Assembly: GCA_038087875.1 (NCBI GenBank)
Contig: CM075981.1
Span: 30,814,001-30,878,000 of the forward strand
Length of the DNA stretch: 64,000 nucleotides
Origin: Malacoraja senta
Lineage: Eukaryota
Direction: 5' to 3'
How positions within the stretch are numbered: the stretch's first letter is position 1; each line of letters opens with the position of its first letter. Both the position numbers and the translations under genes were made by a program. The notes beneath the pieces were generated by a model. That model ran no database searches and had not been told where the DNA came from. It worked only from the letters and a program-made list of their open reading frames with translations. Shown here one piece after another: positions 13,565 to 26,625 of the stretch.

Positions 13565-13965
13565 AACGGGTGAACGAGGAAGAGGACTGAACTTTGTTGC
13601 CTTCCCTCACAGTGGGAAACGATAATTCCGTTGTAGGTGATGTTTTTATGTTTAATGTTAAATTCTATAGTGGGAATATATTATAGTTCTAGTGTGTATA
13701 GTCTTAGAAACATAGAAACATAGAAAATAGGTGCAAGAGGAGGCCATTCAGCCCTTCGAGCCAGCACTGCCATTCATTGTGATCATGGCTGATCGTCCCC
13801 TATCAATAACCCGTGCCTGCCTTCTCCCCATATCCCTTGTCTCCACTAGCCCCTAGAGCTCTATCTAACTCTCTCTTAAATCCATCTCTTATTTGCGTGC
13901 TGCATGGTAACTCAAATTTCACTGCACCAATTGGTGTATGTGACAATCAATGTCCTTTGTCCTTT
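13565..13965 (+). mobile_element. 3' part of an ORF-less retroposon (shared hairpin plus Rex1-like tail), split by a minus-strand CR1 tail (13705-13885)
   Basis: ggactgaactttgttgccttccctcacagtgggaa...ttccgttgtaggtgatg; tail aatttcactgcaccaattggtgtatgtgacaat. Confidence 0.55.
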
Positions 13966-14196
13966 ATCCTTTGAACTTATTGCAGGAGCCCTGGCAGAGA
14001 TTCCTGAACCTTAGCCACGGTTGAGATACTGGAAGACTGGAGGATGGCAAATGTTGTGGCTTTATTTAAGAAGGGCCACAAGGACATCTAATATCAAAGA
14101 CACACAACATTCTGGCCATTCTCTCTTCCCAACCGTGTAATTCAGTCCATCCTTCTTATCCTTCCATCCTTCTTGTTGAGTTCACTGAGTATTTTA

Positions 14197-14918
14197 TCAG
14201 AATCAGAATCAGAATCGTTTATTGTCATTTGAACTAAACAAATAAGTTCAAACGAAATTGCGTTTCTGCAGTCATCATCAAACAAAAAAACCAAAACACA
14301 CAATTAACACATTTTCACACAAATCCATCCATCACCCAAACACCTCCTCACTGTGATGGAAGGCAGTCTTATCTCTTCCTTGTTCTCTGTGCCCATTCCT
14401 CTCCCGCAGTCAAGCAGTCAAACTGCTGCATCGAGCCGATCGAGGCTCCTGATGTTAGATGTTAGAGCCCCCCCTGACGGGCGATGGTAAAACCCCGCGG
14501 CCGTTTAAGCCGCGCCAGGCGATGTAAGGCCCCACTCTGGGTCGATTTAAACCCCTTGACTCGGGCACTAGGAATCCGCGAGCTCCCGATGTTACCATCC
14601 ACAGGCCTGCAGCCGGAGCCTCCGGGCTCCGGTCGGGTCGCAGTCGGGTCGCAGCCGCGCGCCACCACAGCGCTCCGCGCTCCGAAGTCGGCCAGCTCCG
14701 CGATGGTGAGTCCGCAGGCTCTGCGACTGGAGCCCCAGGTCGATTCTGGTTGGAGGCGCCGGTTCCACGATGTTAGGCCCCAACGACAACGGCAACGGAG
14801 ACTCGACAAGGAAAAGTACAGGGAAGAGATTAAAAGTTTACATCCACTTAACAAGACAAAAGAAGAAAAAAAGACAGACGGACTGCAGAAGACGCTGCCG
14901 ACAGGCGCCGCCATCTTA
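14197..14918 (-). mobile_element. Apparently full-length GC-rich non-autonomous retroposon without a tRNA head
   Basis: 5' end AAGATGGCGGCGCC, T-rich spacer, CpG-rich body, internal hairpin, Rex1-like tail ending ATGACAATAAA plus (ATTCTG)n. Confidence 0.65.
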
Positions 14919-15400
14919 AGCATTCCTTAGCTCTAGAAAAATAGAATATCAACCAATTCTAGGTCTCCTTATATGATAGTTCCACTGACCTAAGAACTAG
15001 TCAAGTGAATCTAAGCATATTTCTTCCTTTTGATAAAGAGACCAGAATTATGCAGTGGCATGATTAATTGAAGGGCACAGCAATTCCAACACTTTACAAC
15101 TCTTGTAGTAAGATACTCCTACTTTTACTGATCACGATTTATGATTCTAATTACCAGGAGGTAACTGAGAATAGCCCAAGTATTTTATTACTTTCGACAG
15201 CTCCAGCCAAGATATTTCATATTCCAAACAACATAGTGGAGCCTCGTGATCTCATCCTTCTTGGAATAATCAATACTGGTGGCAATCTATTCCTCAGAAT
15301 ATTCATTCTTATTACTGCTGCATTTTTGAGCAATTCCTGCTTAAGCTTTTCATCTTAGCCCCGTGACGTTTCGTTGCTTGCATGTTCGTGCATCACATTA

Positions 15401-15685
15401 GGGTGACACAGTGGTGCAGCTGGTAGAGATGCTGCCTCATAGAGACCCAGATTCAATCCTGGCCATGGGTGATATCTGTGGGGAATTTGCACGTTCGCCC
15501 TGTGACTGCGTGGGCTTCCTCCGAATGCTCCAGTTTCCTCCCACATCCTGAAGACATGAGGGTCTGCAGGTTAATCAGCCTCTGTAATCCTTATCCCTGA
15601 TGTATGGGGAGTAGATGATAAAGTGGGATAACATAGAACTATTATGAACAAGGTGGGCCAAAGAGCCTGTTTCCATGCTGTAGTA
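15401..15685 (+). mobile_element. HE1-type V-SINE (older copy)
   Basis: Degenerate A/B boxes, V-domain and tail. Confidence 0.8.
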
Positions 15686-15829
15686 TGGAAACCATCACAA
15701 TTAGCATTGCTGCAATTTAGAACTTTAACGTTTTGCCCGTAACTATTTTAAAGCTAATGGAATTGTGGTCGCTGGTCCCAAAAGGCTTTTCCACTGACAC
15801 TTCAGTCACATTCCCTGCTTGATTCCCTT

Positions 15830-16050
15830 AAAGCAGTGCTGAACTATTATCTACCTCATTGGTGACCCTCGGACTATCCTTGATTGGACTTTGCTGGCTT
15901 TACCTTGCATTAAACATTATTCCCTAATCATGTATCTATCAGACACAGTAAACAGCTCAATTGTAATCATGTTTTGTCTTTCTGCTGACTGGAACCCAAC
16001 AAAAGCTTTTCACTGTACCTCGGTACACATGACAATAAACTAAACTGAAC
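15830..16050 (+). mobile_element. Rex1/Babar-type LINE 3' UTR fragment
   Basis: Closely similar to 17600-17810; ends ttttcactgtacctcggtacacatgacaataaactaaac. Confidence 0.7.
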
Positions 16051-17204
16051 GAAAGTAGATCAAGCTTTGCCCTCTCCCCTTGTAGGTCCCTCCACATACT
16101 GAGGAAACTTTCCTGAACACATTTGACAAATTCCATCCCATCTATGCCCTCGGCACTATGGCATTCCTAGTCTATATTGGGAAAGTTGAAATTCCCTACT
16201 ATTAAAACCTATTATCTTTGCAGCTGTCTGCGAACTCCTGGCATGTTCGTTCCACTATATGCCTTGGAGGAGGAATAATACATGTTTTATTTGGGCTTGG
16301 CTTCCTTAACTTGAACAACTGTTATTATGTACATTAAAAAAAACAAAAAATATTGAGTGCCTTTCAAATCTCAAAAGCACTTTTAAGTCAATGAAGTATC
16401 TTTTAAGTGAAGCCACCTTTGTACCTTGGGAAGAGCATTAGTCTGTTTGTCCACTTTACCCATTGTTGAAGTTTGCTTCTTGCAAAATTGGCCCAGAGTT
16501 TCCATCAACTATGTGTGGGTCGCATGACATGTTTCCTCTCCTTGTGCGGCCTAAGTATATAAAACATCAGACATCACAGGCAACCAGCTGCCCCCTATTG
16601 CTCGCTGTCCCCCTATTGCTCAGTTGCCCTCTGAGGATTTGATTCTGCATGGCTTGATTAGATGAAATTGATTATGATTTGAGTTGATAATGAAATAGCA
16701 AACAGCAGTTAACAACAAAATCCTTAATTTACGGCCACGAAGGGATTGCCTCAAATATTAAGACCAGAGGCTATAGTAGTATTATGTTCTGAATGCTTTG
16801 TTGGTTACACGTGCTGGAAGTCCTCTGCTGAAGTGGATAATGTGCATGGATTTGTAGCCATATTAATACCCAATCCCCGATTGTATTTAAAGCTATAAAC
16901 TAAAACTAAACTAATTTGAAGAAGTTCTCCTCTCTCCGACTTCAGTTTAAACCAGCATTTGCAGTTCCTTCTGACAGTTTTAATCTGTTCTGATTGGATA
17001 GCATGCAAAACAAAGCGTTTTGCTGTACCTCGGTGCACGTGACAATAATAAAGCTGAACCTATCCCACCTTGTCTCAAAGCTGAAGATAGACACATAAGG
17101 CTGGAGTAACTCCACGGGTCAGGCAGCATCTATGGATATGCTTTGGATATTTTTCATTTTTGGAAATGGATCTACTTGAAATTCTCTTCCTCACTCCAAC
17201 TCCA

Positions 17205-17815
17205 GCACACCAACGCCCCTACCTCTACTTCCTTAGAAGGCGTAGGAGGTTCGGCATGTCTCCAACAACTTTCACCAACGTCTACAGATGCGCCATAGAA
17301 AGCACTTTATTGGGATGCATCACAGCTTGTTTGGGAACAGCTCCATCCAAGACCGCAAGAATTTGCAGCGAATTGTGGATGAAGCCCAGACCATCACACA
17401 AACCAACCTTCCTTCCATTGACTCCATTTATACCTCATGCTGCCTCGGCAAGGCCAGCAGCATAATCAAGGACGAGTCGCACCCTGGCCACTCACTCTTC
17501 TCCCCTCTCCCATCGGGCAAAAGGTACAGGTGTGAAAATGCACACCTCCAGATTCAGGAACAGTTTCTCTCAGCAGTCAACCATCCTACTACAATTAGAC
17601 AGCAGTCCTGAACTACTATCTACCTCATTGGATACTATCTTTGATCGGACTTTACTGAAGTTATCTTGACCTAAACGTTATTCCTTTATCATGTATCTGT
17701 ACACTGTGAATAGTTCGATTGTAATCATGTATTGTCTTTCCGCTGACTGGTTAGCACGCAACAAAAGCTTTTCACTGTACCTCGGTACACGTAAGCTATA
17801 AACTAAACTAAACTA
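17205..17815 (+). mobile_element. Rex1/Babar-type LINE 3' fragment
   Basis: YFLRR..RFGMSP..YRCAIES...LQRIVDEAQTI...LPSIDSIY...KASSIIKDESHPGHSLFSPLPSGKRYR is the RT C-terminus (frameshifted), followed by an (aaact)n tail. Confidence 0.8.
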
Positions 17816-18704
17816 ATTTGATAAAGTTCTCTCTCCGACTTCAGTGTAAACCAGCATTTGCAGTTCCTTTTGACACATTGTGGCACAAAAAGCTGAGTTG
17901 GTACATTGGTGAAGCAATGAAATGAACAACTTTCACTTGATTTGTCCGTGCAGCCCCCGAAAGTGAAATAGATATTGCAACAATTTAAAAACTCGTATTA
18001 AAGTCTATATTTTAGCAATTCAGATCTTTTCATCATTATATTTTTATTTAATTTGTAAGCTGGTAAATAATTTAAAATCAATCATGAAATGCCTGCTGGA
18101 TTTAAAATCCAGACTATACTAAAGTCTCCAGAGCTAAAATGGACTTTATAAAAATGATCTCAATCAAATTATGCCAGCGTGCACTCAAAATATCAGTCAG
18201 AGTACCCTGCTTTTTTAATGTTAACGGAGTTAACATTTCAGGCTGAAGACCTGAAAGAGATTAATCAAGTTACGGTTTTAGTTGTAGAGAGAGTGGGTGA
18301 GGATTGCTTAGGGCAGGGAGAATATCTCTGAGATTCAGGATATTGTGGTGATTAAGTTGTGATAAGGCCATCTGGTTGATAGATCTTTGTGACTTAATCA
18401 ACAGTTTTTTTTACTCAAACCATTTTCCCCTCCTCTTTCTGCAGGTGTTCCCGTAACTGCTGAATGCCTCCAGCATTTTTCATTTTTAATTCAGATTTTC
18501 AGTAAATGTTGTGTATTTGGACTTCCAGACTGCACTCCATAATGTGCCACATGAAGGATATATATATTTTTAATTATTTAAAGATACAGCATAGAAAAAG
18601 GCCCTTCAGCCCACCGAGTATGAGCAGGCCCATCTACACTAGTTCCACTTTCTTATCCTCTTCTTACACACTCGGGGGAATTTCCAGAGGCGGTTTAACC
18701 TACA

Positions 18705-18820
18705 AAGAGGGGAGAGGGGAGAGGGGAGGAGAGGGGGGAGGGAGAGGGGGGAGGAGAGGGGGGGAGGGAGAGGGGGGAGGGAGAGGGGGGAAGGGGGGTG
18801 GGGGGAGGGGGGAGGGGAAT
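18705..18820 (+). repeat. Purine-rich G/A low-complexity tract (G-quadruplex potential)
   Basis: More than 10 runs of GGG or longer separated by short A/AG loops. Confidence 0.85.
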
Positions 18821-18967
18821 GGGCATGACATTATCAATTTTGAAAGATAGAACAAATGAGTAAATTATTCTATAACAGAGTGAGGCTTCAAAATATTGCA
18901 GTACAAAGAGATCACGAAGTTAATGAAAGATCAATGAGATAACGCACGTAATCAGGATCGTTGGTGA

Positions 18968-19237
18968 AATCAAGTCAAGAATCAAGTTTCCTTTATTGTC
19001 ATTCAGACCTTTCGGTCTGAACGAAATTGTGATGCCTGCAGTCATACACAGAACCAATAATAACAAAACATACAATAAACACTAATTAAACATCCACCGC
19101 AGTGAGTTCACCAAGCACACCCTCACTGTGATGGAGGCAAAGTCTTAGTCTCCGTCTCTTCCCTCCTTGTTCTCCCTCTGCGCTGAGGCGATCGATCCAG
19201 GCCGAAGATGCCGCCCTCCAGTCCAGCGGACCTCCGC
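18968..19237 (-). mobile_element. 5'-truncated relative of the 14197-14918 retroposon
   Basis: Same internal motif GACTTTGCCTCCATCACAGTGAG; tail hairpin TTCAGACC-GAAA-GGTCTGAA then TGACAATAAA and cttga repeats. Confidence 0.65.
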
Positions 19238-19459
19238 TTACATGTTGGCCTTAATTACATGGGGCACAGGGTATAAAATTCAAGGAAGTTTAAATGCAAC
19301 TTTACGGGACACTACTGAGACTGCATTTTGAATACTGCACACAGTTTTGATCTCCATATTTAACAAAGAATTTGGTAAGAGTGGAGGAAGTACAGAGAAG
19401 GTTTACTTGATTCATTGCAGGGATGAGAGATGGTATATAAAAGAAAAGGTTGACCTTAG

Positions 19460-19663
19460 TGTCACATCTTCGCCTCAGATGTGGAATAATAATGATACTG
19501 ACACAATATTTATAGGTTACATTCCTTGGTCTCCGTGTTTATTATCTTACTCAGCCATGGCCTCCTGCCGAGGCTTACACAATGCACATGCGATCTGACC
19601 ACCGTCAGCTGATACAAAGGTCATGATATTTGCATATCATCATCATGACTCATCATCATAACA
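19460..19663 (-). repeat. 3' LTR (204 bp) of a Gypsy-type element
   Basis: TG...CA termini (TGTTATG...GTGACA on the minus strand), AATAAA inside, polypurine tract AAAGGAGGGA immediately upstream (19664-19673). Confidence 0.75.
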
Positions 19664-19919
19664 TCCCTCCTTTACTAGAATTAAACTTTAAATTAATATG
19701 TGTTGTTTCTAATATACTATCCAATTAAATTCTTACTAAACATATTTGTATTTTTATTTGTGTTCCAATAACTCACAAAACAGATGCATTACAACTACAA
19801 AACAAATGCAACTTTTTACACTCTTGTAACCTCTTGCTCACAATAAACAGTATTATAATAAACTGTATCATAATAAACCGTGTCGTAATAAACAGTATCA
19901 TACTAAAGAGTATCATAAT

Positions 19920-21240
19920 CTATAACACAAAATCGTCATATCGCTTGGGGACTCTCCTTTCATGGTCTGGTCTACCAGCTGGCATAGAAGCATCAGAGCC
20001 TGTTGAATCTGCCAAAGTGTTGTCACCCAGACACCTTCTCCACTCACCACCTGCGTTGCAGCATGCTGCCTCTGGAACTCTGGTCACCACCATGGAAATG
20101 TGGTCTGGCCCCTCTGAATCAGTAGCTCTTGGCGAATTTTGGGCTACCTCGTTTGTGTGTCCCTGGACATGTACATTTTGACGCTCGATACATTTCTTTT
20201 GTAGATAACACCTTCTGGAGACTTGACTGTCACCATGCTGCCGCTCCTTGATATAACATTGTATGGCTGGCAATGGTAAAGAGAGTCCATCTTACCGCCA
20301 TCATCTCGCCTCATTAGCACATCATCCCCATGAATTATTTCAGAGTGCCTGGCTCCTCGTTTCAAGTCGGCATACCATTTTGCCGCACCTTTCTTTTCGG
20401 CATCACAGTCTCTCATGTCCTGGTCTGCCATGATCTCTCACACTTCTGGTATTTTAGTGCGAATTTTCCTTCCAAACAAAGCTTCTGCTGGACTTTTCCC
20501 TGTCATTGAGTGAGTGATCGCCCGATATACAGCTACGTATGCTAACAGTGCCTCCTTCCAGTTTTTTCCCTTCGGCATAGGCGATTCGTATCCTCTTCTC
20601 TATGGACTGGTTTTGTCTTTCTACTTCTTCGTTAGCTTGTGGCCATTTCGGAGTCACTTTGTGATGATGGATACCTGTGATTCTCATGTATTCAGCAAAC
20701 GTCTTGGAAACAAACTGTGGTCGGAATACAATGTAACAGGCAACCCGTGCCTGGCGAAGATCTCTGCTAATGCCTGTACAGTCTTTTCTGCTGTAGTTGA
20801 ATTCATCACTGCATACTCATAGTATCTACTATAGTAGTCTACCACTACCATAATTGATTCTCCTGTTGGAAGTGGTCCAAGAAAGTCAACAGCTATGTCA
20901 ACCCATGGTCCTGTTGGCAACTTTGTACTTCTAATTGGTTCTGGTGAATTGCTCCTGCTTGTGATTTGGCATCCGTAACATGTCTTGACAAATTTTTCGG
21001 CAATTTTCTCACAACGTGGCCACCACACTTTGCTCTGCAAATTCTGTTTAGTACCGACGATGGATGTTGCTCCCAGCTGTTCATCCTTCAACAGTCTCGA
21101 CAGCGGGTCCGCGATGTTTGCTTTCCCAGCAATGTGGACTACTTCGTACTTGTACTGTTGGAGTCTCAGCACCCAACGTTCTATTCTGGCACATGGCTTA
21201 GACCTTGTCGAATAGATAATATCTAGTGGCTTGTGATTTG
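19920..21240 (-). pseudogene. Decayed Ty3/Gypsy pol (RNase H end plus integrase)
   Basis: ARIERWVLRLQQY...NIADPLSRL (RNase H end); CYGC; PWVDIAVDFLGP...VVDYYSRY...HGLPVTLYSD; PQANEEVER (integrase). Frameshifts and internal deletions present. Confidence 0.9.
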
Positions 21241-22199
21241 GAACAAGTTGTGGGTGTGCATTGTCATACATCTGTACCTTTTGCCTGTTGGGAGAGGGGA
21301 GAAGAGGGCGGTTTCCGAAGTGAGATTCATCCTTGATTATGCTGGTGGCCTTGACTTGCTGGGGGCAGCACGAAATGTGGATGGAGTCATGTAATTGTCC
21401 AATCTCTTCCAAACCACACATAAATGTTGAAAATGAACTTTCAATATATGTATTTGACTGTCAAGAAATTGTTCCTATTGAATTCAAACCAACTCCAAAG
21501 AAATATGAATATTTGCTCTCGGTAGCATTTTCAATCTAAGAAATCATTTTTCCTGGAAGCAATTTTAACAACTTTCCATTTCACATCCTTAAAGTACTGG
21601 TATCTTCCTCAGGAAAATTACAACATCCAAGGTAATCTTAAAATTATTATATATATCAAACTAGAATGATGTTCCAAAGCAATCAATGCTTCCCATGAAG
21701 CAACACCGAGGAATAATGCACCCTGCTATATGTGAATGTCTCGCAATAAACTTCAGTCTCAATCTTTGGAGCAGTTCATTTATTTCAATCCAGCACCAGG
21801 ATAAAGCTTGGAAAAAATTAACACCACCTACTGTGTTGCCGATCGTAATAATTTTCTCACAACTGATTGCCAGTGACCTTTCAAGATCATTTCACGCATT
21901 GAAAATTCAGCATAAATTGCGGTTTCAACCCTCTTGTAATTATTTGCAAAGCGGAGGCTGCATGGTTCAGAAATGAGAGCAGATCACTAGGCAGTCCTTG
22001 GCATTCTTTCACCTGTTAATTCAATAATCAGAAGGTAGGCACAAAATGCTGGACTAACTCAGTGGGACAGGCAGCATCTCTGGAGAGAAGGAATGGGTAA
22101 CAATTCGGGTCGAGACCCTTCTTCAAACTTCGATCAACATTCCTTTCACCAATGGAGTAATATTGACAATACCACAAAGGTGAATGCCTTTGTAGCCTT

Positions 22200-23165
22200 G
22201 TTAGAAACATAGAAACATAGAAAATAGGTGCAGGAGGACGCCATTCGCCCCTTCCATATAAACCATATAACCATTACAGCACGGAAACAGGCCATCTCGG
22301 CCCATCAAGTTTTTTTTCCCCCTTCTTTCTTCTTACTTCCCCCTAGTCCCATCTACCTGCACTCAGACCATAACCCTCCATTCCTTTCCCGTCCATATAC
22401 CCATCCAATCTATTTTTAAAGGATAAAATCGAACCTGCCTCCACCACTTCCACTGGAAGCTCATTCCACACAGCTACCACTCTCTGAGTAAAGAGGTTCC
22501 CCCTAATGTTACCCCAAAACTTCTGTCCCTTAATTCTCAAGTCATGTCCCTTTGTTTGAATCTTCCCTACTCTCAATGGGAAAAGCTTATCCACGTCAAC
22601 TCTGTCTAACCCGCTTATCATTTTAAAGACCTCTATCAAGTCCCCCCTTAACCTTCTGCGCTCCAAAGAATAAAGACCTAACTTGTTCAACCTTTCTCTG
22701 TAACTTAGTTGCTGAAACCCAGGCAACATTCTAGTAAATCTCCTCTGTACTCTCTCTATTTTGTTGACATCCTTCCTATAATTAGGCGACCAAAATTGTA
22801 CTCCATACATACTCCGTACTTCGAGCTAGCACTGCCATTCATTGTGATCATGGCTGATCGTCCCCAATCAATAACCCGTGCCTGCCTTCTCCCCATATCC
22901 CTTGATTCCACTAGCCTCCAGAGCTCTATCTAAATCTCTCTTAAATCCATCCAGTGATTTGGCCTCCACTGCCCTCTGTGGCAGGGAATTCCACAAATTC
23001 ACAACTCTTTGGGTGAAAAAGTGTTTTCTCACCTCAGTCTTAAATGGCCTCCCCTTTATTCTAAGACTGTGGCCCCTGGTTCATGGACTCGCCCAACATT
23101 GGGAACATTTTTCCTGCATCTAGCTTGTCCAGTCCTTTTATCATTTTATATGTTTACATAAGATC
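22200..23165 (-). mobile_element. Nested CR1 fragments (younger 22255-22817 copy inside an older 3' end)
   Basis: ORF 22343-22810 YGVQFWSPNYRKD...LERRRLRGDLIEVFK...FTQRVVAVWNELP. The older tail at 22200-22254 resumes at about 22818. Confidence 0.9.
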
Positions 23166-23319
23166 TATAAATTCTTGGATTATGTTCTAAATAATGTCTT
23201 TGAATGATATTCTAGTGGAAAAAAACCCACATAATTCTTACAGATGGACACAATTATGCACAAAAATTATGTTAATCTGTTCTTAACCTATATTTTTTCT
23301 ATTTCTATCTTATCAGCTA

Positions 23320-23720
23320 TGGCTCAGCTGCTAGTACAGGAGTTAGTGTTAGAGGTTATAGATTCCAGAATTTAAGCATAAAAATTCAAGCAGAACTCTC
23401 TCATTAGTGGGGGACCGATGTTTGCCAGAAGCAGCATCTTCCTGATTAGGCATTAAACCAAGGCCTCATTTGCTCTCTTATGGAGGATGTAAAAAATCCC
23501 TTGGTGCATTTTTCAAGAGCAGAGGAATTATTTCATTGGGTCCTGGTCAATATTAATTCCAGTCAACATTTCAATCACATACTATCTGGTCACGAGCACA
23601 TTGCTGTTTGTGAAGCCCCACTTTGCACAAATTGGTGGCGACATTTCCGATATTGCAGCAGTAGATATACTTCTAAAGTCCTTTAGTCCTATAATGGTTC
23701 TGAAAGGCATGAGAAAGATT
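23320..23720 (+). mobile_element. Ancient SacSINE1/DeuSINE-like element
   Basis: cattaaaccaaggcc...aaaaatcccttggtgca...tcctggtcaatatt...cacattgctgtttgtg matches the recalled Deu domain. Confidence 0.6.
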
Positions 23721-23982
23721 CTAACTCAGGGCAAATAAAGACCAAATGGAAATACACCTCTTTCAATACAAATTGTGATTAGTACTTAAACCTGGGTCCC
23801 AAGTGAACTGTGAAACTCGGACTCGCACTGGCATATAAACACTGCATTAAGTCCTTCCTTATATATTTATCTATCACATTTTAATTGGAAAAATAACAAC
23901 AGCCATCACCTATCAATCACTTCAGCATGGAGAAGGCAGGTGTTTAACTTTGTTCCACCACCAATTTTACTGCTTCAGTCAA

Positions 23983-24290
23983 GTGCCACAGACAGTAGAG
24001 CTGCTGCCTCACAGCATCAGGGGCCTGGATTCCATTCTGACCTTGGGTGCCATCTATGTGAAGTTTGCACGTTCTCCCTGTGACCACGTGGGTGCTCCGG
24101 TTTCCTCAAACATACCAAAGACATTCAGGTTCATTGGTTAACCTGCCACTGTAAGGAATGGTCAAATCTGGGAGTATTTCCTTAAATAATGGAAAGAATA
24201 AAAATGGGATCAATGTAGGATTCACGAAAATGGTGTTGAGGTGGTGCAGATGATGGGTGAAGGGACTGTTTCTCTGCTGAATCTCTCTAT
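23983..24290 (+). mobile_element. Degenerate V-SINE
   Basis: gtagagctgctgcctcacagc...ggtgctccggtttcctc. Confidence 0.7.
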
Positions 24291-25048
24291 CATGACATTA
24301 TAAATGCCCATGTACTTTTCAAACTATGCACACACTAGATGGAGCTAACTGATACAACATTACAATTCAACTTACTTACAATTCAAACAGCATTCTAATG
24401 GGATATTAAAAATATGTTCATATTCTTTCCAGAATGATGGTTTAACCCACTGTGTAGTGAGCAAAAGCACCCCAAACGCAAGTCTCAGACTCGACCGAAC
24501 GGTGAGGGAAGCCACATGCTGACAAGCCACAGGTCGTTCAGTGCTGATAATCTTTCTAAATTCCAACTAAACCAGTCACTCAGTATTGTGTAGGAAGGAA
24601 CTGCAGATGCTGATTTACACTGAAAATAGACACAAATGCTGGAGTAACTCAGCGGGGCAGGCAGCATCTCTGGAGAGAACGAATGGGTGACGTTTCACCT
24701 CGAGACCCTTCTTCGGACTGAGAGTCAGGGGAGAGCGTGTCTGGAGATATGGAAGGGTATGGTGTGCAGTTTAAGTTTTCACGCCTTACCCTTCCATATC
24801 TCGAGATTTGTGTCATTTAACCATATTATTGCTCCTTGCCGAAATGTATCTCTTCGCTCCTCTTCGCTCCTCTCTGCAGTAAATAAATCTGCCCGCTGCC
24901 TGCCAAATATCCCACTCTAGTATATTACTCAACACCTTTATGTTTTGATCCTACAGGTATAGGTACAGGTATAGGTATAGGAATCTATGGATTCTGAAAT
25001 TTTATCCTGCACACACATTTTGAAGTCTTCATCAAAGGAGTTAATGAA

Positions 25049-25353
25049 GTTTAGTTTAGTTTAGAGATACAGCACAGAAACAGGCCCTTCGGCTCACCGA
25101 GTCCGCGACGACCAGCGATCCCCGCACACTAGCACTATTCTACACATTAGGGAAAATGTACAATTTTACCAATTATCCCACAAACCTGTACGTCTTTGGA
25201 GTGTGGAAGGAAACCGGAGCACCCGGAGTAAACCCATGTAGTCATGGGGAGAACATTCAATCTCCGTACAGACAGCACCCATAGTCAAGATCAAACCCGG
25301 GTCTCTATCTAGTGGTGTGGCAGCAACTCTACCGCTGCGCCACCATGCCGCCC
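25049..25353 (-). mobile_element. HE1-type V-SINE
   Basis: Full head, V-domain and (ctaaa)n tail. Confidence 0.85.
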
Positions 25354-25560
25354 TGCACAAGGAGCAGGCTGCTGATACTAAGAGCTTCATTGTTCCGTTT
25401 CGGTACATATGACAATTAATCACAATTGTACAATGACAATGTTTTCTGAATAATGAAAAGATAAATTATGAACCACAAATGGTTTTAACCCAACAACTCC
25501 TCTTCTGATGTCAAAGTACAAAATTTGAGAATAAAATTTATTTTTTAAGCAGAAAAATAC

Positions 25561-25727
25561 CCTCAAATCCATCACAATCAAATCTCCTAAAACAATCATT
25601 TCCAGATGCGAGTACATTGCAATAAGCTTCACGATTGTGCATCGGGGACTGGGCCAAGCGTAATAAATTGAGGCATACACCAACAGAGTTAGCAGCTGCA
25701 AGATCTGTTCCCTGTACAGGCTTTACG
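25561..25727 (-). CDS. Candidate coding exon (VKPVQGTDLAAANSVGVCLNLLRLAQSPMHNREAYCNVLASGNDCFRRFDCDGFE)
   Basis: Acceptor cattgCAG (25730-25728), donor GAGG|GTATTT (25560). 167 nt, phase 2 to 1, with an excess of G-starting codons. Phase-compatible with the exons at 27983-28028 and 980-1278. Confidence 0.55.
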
Positions 25728-25990
25728 CTGCAATGCATAGATAGGTCACTGCAAATCGGCCTTTGTATGTTAACAACAATTTTTTAATATGTCTTTGCAG
25801 CATATACACAAAAAAACTGTTTGCAATTAGCTGTCCAATAGTTATTTCCTTAAACTTACAACACTGTAAGTGTTTGTTTCATAAACTAACATATAATAGT
25901 TACAAGCCAAATTGACTGTGGAAATATCAGAAGGGAAACTAACCAGAAAATTCAGTCAGATTATTCTGAATAATCTTTTTCATTCTGAAT

Positions 25991-26025
25991 GAGTCTGAGG
26001 AAGGGTCTCGACCTGAAACGTCACC
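25991..26025 (+). ncRNA. Minimal type I hammerhead ribozyme motif in a PLE terminal repeat (representative copy)
   Basis: CTGAGGA (25995-26001), hairpin AGGGTCTCGACCT, GAAA, CGTC/ACC. Matches CUGANGA...GAAA...UH with a palindromic ACGT helix III. Confidence 0.65.
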
Positions 26026-26625
26026 AATCCGTGTTCTCCAGAGATGGTACCTGACCTGCTGAGATAGTCCAGCAGTGTGTGTCCCTTCGAAAATGATTCA
26101 TAACGCAACTCCAATGTAATTATTAATATACTGATCATCGAGAATGGCGGGGGGGTGGGGGGGGCGGGGATGGTTGGATGAGATAAGGAAAAAGCGTTTC
26201 GCTTACAACAAAGTCATGGCAACAATGAAGTTGAGCGTATTCATTCCAGGTGGTCACGTCCCACCCACACTGTTCCCATTCCCATCATATTGCACAAAGA
26301 TGAAGGTATTTCTAAAGTATTTTGGAACAGTTCATAAAGTCTGTTATCAAAGCAGTCTTGCACTAGTCACTTTGGGTATGGAATATGTAATGGGTGGGAT
26401 TGAAAAAGAGGGGAAAATAAGTTGGGGGAAGAGCAGTAGAAAATGGAGGGCTTGTGAAAGGATGCTGGGAGAGACAAAGGTACCGGAGGGGAAAGGAAAT
26501 AAATAAAGAAACCCAGGAGAAAGTAGAGATACATTTATTCTACATGACCATTTGCTCTGAAGTATCAAGGCTTGGTGTGATGTGTTCTTCTATGTGTTTA
26601 TAGAAAGTTACTATAACTTCTCTGC

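Noticed and set aside
14462-14930. Antiparallel 148-153 aa ORFs (also at 5591-6245, 34829-35230 and 36808-37284)
   Set aside because: Stop-poor GC-rich repeat interiors with Arg/Pro/Gly-biased translations and no domain.
18506-18850. Gly/Arg-rich ORF (and Lys-rich ORF 50494-50694)
   Set aside because: Translations of low-complexity purine tracts.
21241-21421. N-terminus of the 245-aa ORF as part of Gypsy pol
   Set aside because: It is a Rex1-like fragment (ATSIIKDESH) fused in frame by chance.
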